Shown one piece after another: positions 1 through 7,287 of a DNA stretch of 7,524 nt; the first letter of the stretch is position 1, and each line of letters opens with the position of its first letter. The notes beneath the pieces were generated by a model, which had not been told where the DNA came from, made no database searches, and saw nothing but the letters and a program-made list of their open reading frames with translations. The translations under genes and the position numbers were made by a program. The stretch covers positions 1 to 7,524 of the forward strand of contig CDMY01000974.1 in assembly GCA_001179505.1 (NCBI GenBank), given 5' to 3'. This stretch comes from Vitrella brassicaformis CCMP3155. Taxonomy: Eukaryota; Protista; Chromerida.

Positions 1-51
1 GGATCTGCCTGAGCCAATGGGGGAACGAGCGAGTGCCGTTTTAGAGGAGCG

Positions 52-563
52 ATGAGTCGTCAAGCCGAAATCCTGGTGATGTGGTGGATATCGCTGGTTG
101 CACAGAAGGCCCTCGGCCAATCGGTGAGTGACAAGGAGCACACACGTCACTGCTTCAGACGTCTGTTTTGTCCGGATGTGCGCCCAGGCGCGTGTGATAT
201 CTCGGCCTCATCAAGAGGTGCATGGAGGCGCCGCGTCGCCCATCCACGGCATCGACGTCTTGGCCGCCGCCAGTGGCACGTCAGTTGACGATGACACCAT
301 GATGGACGTGCGTGTGTCTGCTGCCTATGGCGAGGTGCACTCCCAGTCCATCGCTGGGGTCAATATCATGGAGTGGACGGGACACGCTATCAGGTCGGTG
401 GATGCCATGTGTGTCTGAATGGCCGGAGATGGTGGTTGCTTGGTTGGTTTATGTCAGGTTTCAGGCGCCTGTGGATGCTGCCCCGGTCGTGTTGAGTCAG
501 CTGGAGTATCTGCCGTGCCAACACTGCTCCAACGACACACTCTCTGTATCATGCAGCAAACGG
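52..563 (+). CDS. Spliced gene, 5' part (exons 52-123, 188-393, 458-563+): putative secreted protein with a cadherin-like/Ig-like repeat of the bacterial adhesin type; 3' structure unresolved
   Basis: ATG at 52 follows an in-frame TGA at 10-12. Introns 124-187 (gtgagt..cccag, phase 0) and 394-457 (gtcggt..gtcag, phase 2) join three frames into MSRQAEILVMWWISLVAQKALGQSARVISRPHQEVHGGAASPIHGIDVLAAASGTSVDDDTMMDVRVSAAYGEVHSQSIAGVNIMEWTGHAIRFQAPVDAAPVVLSQLEYLPCQHCSNDTLSVSCSKR. The hydrophobic N-terminus ending ALG-QS looks like a signal peptide. The domain call is by-eye motif resemblance only. Confidence 0.65.
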
Positions 564-635
564 GTTAGGGAGCCGCCGTGGATCCATATGTCCATCTGCC
601 CTCCCTGTCTGTTCACAATCTGCCTACTCTCTCAG

Positions 636-703
636 GTCAGTCACGAACGCACCAGAGGAAAAGCCTTCCTGACTGACCGATGCTGTTGGTATTGTGTGTG
701 TAG
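636..703 (+). other. Probable spliceosomal intron (68 nt) in the 3' part of gene 1
   Basis: CAG|gtcagt donor and tgtgtgtgtag acceptor, in the same style as the other introns in the window. Confidence 0.5.
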
Positions 704-1014
704 GTTTGCCGTCTCTTCGGAGGTCTCTGCTGCACACTTTCGCATTCGTCAGCACCGACATGGGGCTGATGGTTGCCACGGAAATGTCACCAGTCTCTGT
801 CGGTTTATCTAGATATCTGTCTGTCTGTCTGTGTGAATGAATGAGGAGCGAAGCTTTTGGCTGCATTCATTCATTGCTTTGCGTGTTGATGGATGAATGA
901 ATGATTCGAGTTTTTGCGTATGGGTATCTATCATGGGGGCATTTGAAGCGAGAGAGACAGCTCCATCACCTTTAGATTTGCGGACTGATTGTGTGATGGA
1001 CCTCTGTCAACGGC

Positions 1015-1186
1015 TGCCTGTACATAATTATGCCTGTACACACAAGTCAAGGTTGGATCGATCGATCGTGTGATTCGATGGCTCGATCGATCGATCCATC
1101 GGTTGATCAGCTGCTTTTTCGATCGATCGATTGATTCACTGAGTGATTGATTGCAATTGGTTCATTGCTTGATTCCTTTGTTTACA
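1015..1186 (+). promoter_or_regulatory. Probable promoter/5' UTR of gene 2, with (GATC)n tracts and a direct repeat flanking a palindrome
   Basis: Relatively AT-rich, ORF-free segment immediately upstream of ATG 1187. TGCCTGTACA occurs at 1015-1024 and 1031-1040 around the palindrome CATAATTATG (1023-1032). GATC tracts lie at 1055-1068, 1084-1097 and 1120-1131. Function is inferred from position only. Confidence 0.35.
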
Positions 1187-2915
1187 ATGAGCGACAACAA
1201 GTGTGACATCAACACCCAGAGTGGTGGGCATGGCCAATGCACAGACCGATGAACAGACAGGCAGACAAGCGACAAACAGATAAGAGACCCATCCTCACTC
1301 ACTCTCTGTGTGTGGATGTCTGTGTGTGTGTGTGTGTGCAGGAATGAGTTCCTTGTTCGACAACCAGACCGTGCGGCCGTTCACGTCAGACGATGCCCAA
1401 CCCACTGACATCAACACCCAGAGTGGTGGGCATGGCCAATGCACAGAGCGATTAACAGACAGGCAGACAAGCGACGAACAGATAAGAGACCCATCCTCAC
1501 TCACTCTCTGTGTGTGGATGTCTGTGTGTGTGTGTGTGCAGGAATGAGTTCCTTGTTCGACAACCAGACCGTGCGGCCGTTCTCGTCACACGATGCCCAA
1601 ACCACTGACATCAACACAGACAACCAGAGTGGTGGGCATGGCCAATGCACAGACCGATGAACAGACAGGCAGACAAGCGACAAACAGATAAGAGACCCAT
1701 CCTCACTCACTCTCTGTGTGTGGATGTCTGTGTGTGTGTGTGTGCAGGAATGAGTTCCTTGTTCGACAACCACAACGTGCGGCCGTTCACGTCAGACGAT
1801 GCCCAAGCCACTGACATCAACACCCAGAGTGGTGGGCATGGCCAATGCACAGACCGATGAACAGACAGGCAGACAAGCGACAAACAGATAAGAGACCCAT
1901 CCTCACTCACTCTCTGTGTGTGGATGTCTGTGTGTGTGTGTGTGCAGGAATGAGTTCCTTGTTCGACAACCAGACCGTGCGGTCGTTCACGTCAGACGAT
2001 GCCCAAGCCACTGACGTCAACACCCAGAGTGGTGGGCATGGCCAATGCACAGACCGATGAACAGACAGGCAGACAAGCGACAAACAGATAAGAGACCCAT
2101 CCCCACTCACTCTCTGTGTGTGGATGTCTGTGTGTGTGTGTGTGCAGGCGACGAGAGCACTACGTCGTACCGCCAGTGGAACGTTGATGCTGCAACTGCC
2201 AAGCCGCCCACAAACACACATACTGCCAGTGCCGGTGAATAGCTGCATATTCCCATCAACACACCAGTGCACCAGTGAGTATGTGTTTGTCTGAACAGGT
2301 CGCTCGGCTCCATTCCTTCGCCGAAGTCTCGTCGGACCGACAGATGTAACTCACATGCATGCCGACGAACGTGACTCGCATTCGTGCCGAAGGATTGTGT
2401 CTTTGCATGCAGTCGGTGTACCATGAGGAAGGCGGGGCCATGACAATGGAGCAGTGTCGCGAGATGAAGCTGACGGAGGAGGGCAAGGCTCGACGTCACC
2501 TCGCTGTGGCGCGGGACCTTGCCCGTCTCGGACGTCCGGCAGGCTTCTCAGAAGACGACTATATCAGCGTCATATTCGAGATGCGCGACAAACTGCCAGA
2601 GGAGACCTGGAGCGAACTGTTTGAAGGTCAGGTTACACAATGCGGAGAGTGTGTGTGTGTGTGTGTGCATGTGTGTGTGTGTGTGTGTGTGTGCATGTGT
2701 GTGTGTGTGTGTGTGTGTAGGCATTGTTGAGAAGTACTACCGCACGAGAGACTTCATGCAGCCCGCGCCGCTCATACTCCATCGCGCAGACACTGCACCC
2801 AATCTGACGACATCTACTGAGGTGATTGATCAGCGTGTGTGACACCAAGTGTGTGTGACACAACTCTTTGTCTGTGACAAGTCAGGCTGTTGGAAGTGCC
2901 GCCCCGACCGGCTAG
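1187..2915 (+). CDS. 10-exon gene, hypothetical protein of about 285 aa with four 28-30 aa exon-encoded N-terminal repeats and a predicted helical C-terminal region
   Basis: Exons 1187-1223, 1342-1425, 1542-1631, 1748-1831, 1948-2031, 2148-2234, 2299-2345, 2413-2626, 2721-2821 and 2886-2915 total 858 nt. All nine introns are GT-AG with compatible phases and there is no internal stop. Product: MSDNKCDINTQSG-(MSSLFDNQTVRPFTSDDAQxTDINTQSG)x4-DESTTSYRQWNVDAATAKPPTNTHTASAGRSAPFLRRSLVGPTDSVYHEEGGAMTMEQCREMKLTEEGKARRHLAVARDLARLGRPAGFSEDDYISVIFEMRDKLPEETWSELFEGIVEKYYRTRDFMQPAPLILHRADTAPNLTTSTEAVGSAAPTG*. An alternative end is read-through to TGA at 2840-2842. Confidence 0.75.
1204..2148 (+). repeat. 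Tandem array of about 200-bp exon+intron units (5 near-identical introns, 4 full exons and a shortened first exon)
   Basis: Near-identical copies with periods of 200-206 bp. Introns are 1224-1341, 1426-1541, 1632-1747, 1832-1947 and 2032-2147. Exons are 84, 90, 84 and 84 nt. Confidence 0.97.
2649..2718 (+). repeat. (GT)n microsatellite with GCAT interruptions inside intron 2627-2720
   Basis: About 70 nt of GT dinucleotide running directly into the TAG acceptor at 2718-2720. Confidence 0.95.
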
Positions 2916-5153
2916 CACCAAGTGAGATACCACGAGACCAAGAGTCTGGCCGAAACGAGACAGATCGCACATACAGACAGACAGAGAAGGACAATGCATG
3001 CATGCAGCATCGCTCTGCCCGTCTCAGTGAGTGGCTGCGTGAGTGACCGAGTGCGGGCAAACGACTGCTTGTGTGTGTCGGTGTGACACGTGTGCGCATG
3101 AATCCATGATTGTGACCTGGCTTGCATGTCGTCCAATGACATGGCCATTAACTAATCGACATCCACGGACCTGTCCACATGCACGCAAGTTGATGCCCAC
3201 ACACACTGACACCGCCACCACACACACAAGCCCCAAGTTCACACACGCGCCCCTTGAGAGGCCCGCCCGTCAGAGTTCACGCATGGCGGCGGACACTTGC
3301 AATAGCGTCCTCAACCAGCAGGGGGATGCTTCGCATGCCCACAACCAGCAGGCGAGCAGCGCACACACGACAGCCAGGTATGGGCAGAACGACATACCGA
3401 CAAAAGAGACGCTGGCCGTCCCTGTCGATTCATACGATAGATTTGTGTGAGGCTCCGACGAACACCGTCGCCTATGTCCTTAATAATTTTGTGGGGGTAG
3501 GGGTTAGGCTAGGCTGGGCTGACTGGCACGGGGCATGTATGGGTGCGTCAGGCGCTGGCAAGGCCATAGTGTTTGTGCACGACACCACGTACGCGACAGG
3601 CAGCCGACAAGAAAAAGGCACACCAATCCATGAGACCCCGATGACACGACAGCTGTCAGTCATGCATATGCACACTCATGGACGTCAGTAGGTAGCTAGG
3701 TAGGCAAGCATCATAGCGGTGAATGCACTTACCATCGCGTCCGTCATCAGTCAGCCCACCCACACACACCCACACACTCCACTCCCGCCCATACATAGCT
3801 CACTCACCCATTGATTCTCGGTGTCCAAAGCACCTCCATGTCATCTGACCGACCCATCGTCCACCGACGTACTGGTCCACCATCGATCGCCCCTTCCAGC
3901 GCACCCGATCGCCCGCCCGCCCCTCCTCTTTGCGCCCCGCCCCCGACACACAGACTGCAGGGCCGACAGGTGTCACGCCGCATACTCGAAGGACGAGGAT
4001 GGCAAAGAGACGGTCACGAGACAAACGGGAATAGACAGTGCAACGCTGTCGGTCGGCCACACAAATGAATGGCGGCTCGGACGACTTCGCCCCAATGTGT
4101 GGGCCCGTTCGACTTGCGTCTTTTGGCGGGGAGAAGGCTCTTGGTCGGCGGCTGGCGGGTGGAGTGGGTGGGTGGGTGGGGCTTGCTTGTCATGCGTCCA
4201 CCCGTCTCTCTGCAGGCAGATGAAGGAGAGATAGAAGGGGAGTAGAGTGAGCCTTTATTTGAGACGGACATCCCGCTCATGTGTGTGCGATGCCCACCCA
4301 CCTGTCACTTATGCAGCTAGCTGTGGATGGATGTAGTCGGCAGAGTAACGTGTCGGTCGGCCTGTAGGAATGTGTGTGTACGAGGGCCAGTGAGTGCTGG
4401 CTGTGCTGTGCGCCTGACAAACGAGACACACATGGATAGTTGGACACACGAGGTCGGGAGGGATGAGTGCATGTGTGTGGTGCTCACCAGTGAGTGCAAT
4501 TAGTGAGTATCAGAGTTATGTCAGTCAGTGACGTCGGCGGCCTTGGCCAGCGACCAAACTCACGCAGATCGGCGGCATGGCGCATCTGAACAAAAGATCG
4601 ACGAATATGTGTGTGTGTTGGCTGGCAGGGTGCTGTCCGCGCACCTCACCTTCTTCCACAGCGATCATGTGCTTGCTTAAAAACAGGTATGCATCTGGGC
4701 AGTGTGTCTGTCTGTGTCTTGACACACAACCGGGAAAGCCTCTCCTTCTTCTGTCTCCCAGCTAGCACGATGGTCGAACGAAGCCAGCTCCATGGGCCTC
4801 GACGGTCAGAGGCGCGTCCGCCGACCCCGTTGGCCGGTGTGATGCCGTGTGCAGTGGCGTCCGCTTCTCCTGCCACTGCGTGCTGATAGCCATGATACAT
4901 GATAGATCTGGCCCAGCGGAACACCATATGCACCAGCTCAAGTAGGGCGGCATCCAGCTGTCTGCAGTCGTGGATGAAGTGCTGGTGCCGTCCGTAGTGG
5001 GTGTGTGCGCGTAGATGGGTCAGCCGATTGAGTGGCGAAAGACAGCAGCGTGTTGGTTCCGGCAGAGGCGGACAGCCGCTTCTCTTGTCAGCCGTGGTGT
5101 GCCGCCAAGGGTGCCCCGGCGTGGCGCCGGGAGGCTGCGTGCCGGCGTGCACG

Positions 5154-5473
5154 TTAGATGGTGGCCGCAATAGACACACGAGACAGCAGCTGAGACGAAT
5201 CCCTGATACACATAACCGCCGACACACATTGTTTATTGTGTGCGGCGAGCCCTTCCTTGTCTGCCTGCCTTGTCACTCACTCACCTGAACTCGTCCAGAG
5301 ATGGCGGCGTTTGCCTAAACGAAGGCCAGCGCGTTTCTGTCGGTCGGCCTCGTTTGGATGGATGATCCGTCTGGTTCAATCGGTAGTCCTCACGATGCCG
5401 ATGTCGGGCCGCTCCGCAACGAACGCACCCGCCCCAACCAGAGGCCAATGCGTCAGACAAAATTAACGTGCAC
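5154..5473 (-). CDS. Possible minus-strand exon pair (5473-5285, 5202-5154) of an unresolved hypothetical gene
   Basis: Acceptor gccag at 5474-5478, then an open 189-nt exon (phase 2-2; CTLILSDALASGWGG...PSLDEFR). Strong gtgagtgagt donor at 5284 and tgtgtatcag acceptor at 5203 (82-nt intron), then DSSQLLSRVSIAATI*. The intron is better supported than the frame, and upstream exons were not identified. Confidence 0.3.
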
Positions 5474-5963
5474 CTGGCTGACGAACAAAACACAGAGATG
5501 GACAGAAAGCCATGGGACGTGACACACACGTGTGTGTGGGGGGTTGGGGCTTTGGTGGTTGCTTACGGCTTGCTCATAGAGTGAGGTGCAGCGTCGTCCG
5601 GTGAGGGACAGCATCGTTGGTGTCCATACAAACAGCACATGGTGAGTGGAGTGAGTAGGTCGAATGAACCGTGGACCCAAAATATTACAATGAATACGCA
5701 GCAAGTCAGTCAGTCAGTCAGTCGACACGGATGCACACACACATCTCACGCACTGCCCTCAGCCGCACTCACCCAGGCCCTGACCGACACCATCCACCCA
5801 CCCACCCTCCACCAACCTGCCTCCCGACCCCGACAAGCACCACCATTACCACCACCACCCGATTGTTTCGGTCAACGAGAACACCGCCGACGCACAGAAG
5901 AAGTAGACAGACGGGGAGTAGACAGCGACACACCACACCCACGCACACGAACGAAACGGGAGT

Positions 5964-6029
5964 GTCACGACCATACGGAAGGACGAGAAGAAAAGGACAA
6001 AGCAGCGTCACGACCATACGGAAGGACGA
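5964..6029 (+). repeat. 23-bp direct repeat GTCACGACCATACGGAAGGACGA x2 (period 43 bp)
   Basis: Identical copies at 5964-5986 and 6007-6029. Confidence 0.9.
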
Positions 6030-6082
6030 AAAGAATACGACAAAGGAGAAAAAAAAGCAATACAATACAATACACTAATTAA

Positions 6083-6963
6083 CTAACAAAAACAAAGAAG
6101 AGCCATCCTCCCCCGTCTGTCTACATATGGGGGCGCGGGGGCCTCTTCTTGTGGTGGCGGTGGGTGCTGGGTGGGGTGCTTCTCGTCGGCGGAGAAGGCA
6201 CAGACGCTACACGTGTTGGGGATGAGTACTTGTGTTTGGAGAGCTCCTCTCGGGGCTGCTCCACCCGCACCTGGGCCGACAGGGCTGCTCCTCGACGCTG
6301 TACGATGGCGGGGCAGGCGCGGCAGCTCTATCAGCGATCTCTTTGCCCTCCTGGGTGATGACCTGCTCGTGCTGTTGTGCCGCAGGCTCGTGGTCGCCAA
6401 TCCTGAGTGAGTGAGCATCGGACAACGCACACACACGTACATACAGACATGTGTGTGTTATGGGTAGGGGTGTGGATGCTTACTTTTGTATCTCTTCAGT
6501 ACCTTCCTCCCCCATGGCTTTGGCCATGGACGCCGCGCCGCGGCGCCGACCACCTCTGCCTCTTGCCCGCCCTCGCGAGGGGCGCGGTAGGTCTGCACTG
6601 ATGCCGCCGGTGGGGGGCCGAATGGTGCGCCTGGGGAGGGGAGATAGGGCGGCTGCTGAGTGTCTCGCTCGTAGTAGAGCTGGCCTTCGTGTGTGGGCTG
6701 CTGTGACCAACGGGTCTGCCGGATGGCCTCGCCCGTCAATCCCCGAGTGACCAACGGGTCTGCCGGATGGCCTCGCCCGTCGATCCCCGAGTGACTAAGG
6801 CCCACAGGCGGATTGCTGGCATGCGGCCCTGGTCGCCCTCCTCCGCCTCCATGGACACCACCACAGGGCCGGGTGACCGGCCGGCACGCCATAAACGGCA
6901 CTCACCCGACGGCTTCAGCTCGTCCTGCTCGTCCAGCGACACCGGCACGTTGGGTGAGGGCAC
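6083..6963 (-). pseudogene. Minus-strand spliced gene (3' exons 6402-6271 and 6206-6083 well supported), probably frame-disrupted upstream; low-complexity Pro/Gln/Glu-rich product
   Basis: Introns 6483-6403 (gtaagc..ctcag) and 6270-6207 (gtgcgg..tgtag), both phase 2, give ...ASMAKAMGEEGTEEIQK-IGDHEPAAQQHEQVITQEGKEIADRAAAPAPPSYSVEEQPCRP-SVCAFSADEKHPTQHPPPPQEEAPAPPYVDRRGRMALLCFC*. A further intron 6905-6829 is plausible. A 44-bp duplication (6703-6790) shifts the frame. An intact but less protein-like alternative threading also exists, so pseudogene status is uncertain. Confidence 0.45.
6703..6795. repeat. 44-bp tandem duplication (2 copies, 1 mismatch, plus 5 nt GTGAC)
   Basis: GTGACCAACGGGTCTGCCGGATGGCCTCGCCCGTC(A/G)ATCCCCGA at 6703-6746 and 6747-6790. 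Confidence 0.95.
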
Positions 6964-7127
6964 CCTTGGCAGCAGTGAAGCGCGGGCAGGGCGGGGGGGT
7001 CTGTCTGCGATGCGGTCCTGGCGCGACAGAGGTCGGGCTGGACGTCGATGTCGGCGACGGTGAAGCCGACGATCTCCACATAAGGAAGAGGCCCAGACAG
7101 CGATATCGACACCGGCACGTTGGGTGA
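6937..7127. repeat. 21-bp direct repeat CGACACCGGCACGTTGGGTGA, copies 170 bp apart
   Basis: Identical copies at 6937-6957 and 7107-7127. Both encode SPNVPVS on the minus strand, in different frames. Confidence 0.9.
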
Positions 7128-7230
7128 TGGTGTGATGGTTGGTGCGTCATTCGTCGGCTCAATGAACACATCGATGGAGCACTCCACAGGCGTGTTTGGC
7201 GACAGGGCCGTCGTCAGTCTGGCAAGGATC
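7030..7230 (-). CDS. Coding fragment with cadherin-like Ca2+-binding-type motifs (NDAP...VADID)
   Basis: Part of ORF 6915-7370: LTTALSPNTPVECSIDVFIEPTNDAPTITPSPNVPVSISLSGPLPYVEIVGFTVADIDVQPD, with many G/C-ending codons. Boundaries are approximate and the link to neighbouring exons is unresolved. Confidence 0.5.
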
Positions 7231-7287
7231 CGCAAGCCGCTTGGGAGGCAGTCGGCTCCGACGACCAGCCCCCACGGCGCCCTCGAC

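Noticed and set aside
1204-2148. CRISPR array or satellite/mobile-element interpretation of the 200-bp repeats
   Set aside because: There are no unique spacers and no cas genes, and the units resolve into GT-AG introns and in-frame exons.
1295-2272. Repeated minus-strand ORFs (SEDGSLICLSLVCLSVHRSVHWPCPP...)
   Set aside because: These are antisense shadows of the array that run through (CA)n tracts. Splice signals support the + strand.
2995-3006. TGCATGCATGCA palindrome resembling the ApiAP2-bound TGCATGCA motif
   Set aside because: GCATGC-type words are common here, including inside an intron (2405-2412), and no gene start is securely linked to this site.
3283-3377. Possible + strand first exon MAADTCNSVLNQQGDASHAHNQQASSAHTTAR with a gtatgg donor
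   Set aside because: No convincing downstream exon chain was found, and the best continuation stops within about 16 codons.
3493-3520. Telomere-like GGGGTAGGGGTTAGG tract
   Set aside because: It is too short and irregular to call an interstitial telomeric repeat.
3807-3883. Minus-strand exon candidate ending at a gtgagtgag donor near 3807
   Set aside because: The donor is good, but the frame and matching acceptor could not be fixed.
4646-5227. 193-aa minus-strand ORF with a protein-like core (HFIHDCRQLDAALLELVHMVFRWARSIMYHG)
   Set aside because: No recognisable family, and no phase-consistent link to flanking exons without a stop. It may contain a real exon but is not supportable as a CDS.
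5773-5779. 7-nt minus-strand micro-exon GGCCTGG between ggtcag and gtgagt
   Set aside because: It would need a 37-nt upstream intron, well below the other introns here, and no frame context supports it.
5639-6082. ORFs 5639-6082 (+), 5671-6078 (+) and 5769-6065 (-)
   Set aside because: They are translations of low-complexity (CAGT)n, (CCA)n and A-rich DNA and are open in several frames at once.
3147-6086. ATTAACTAA at 3147-3155 and 6078-6086 as a shared 3'-end signal
   Set aside because: Two copies of a 9-mer are too few, and only one is next to a predicted gene end.
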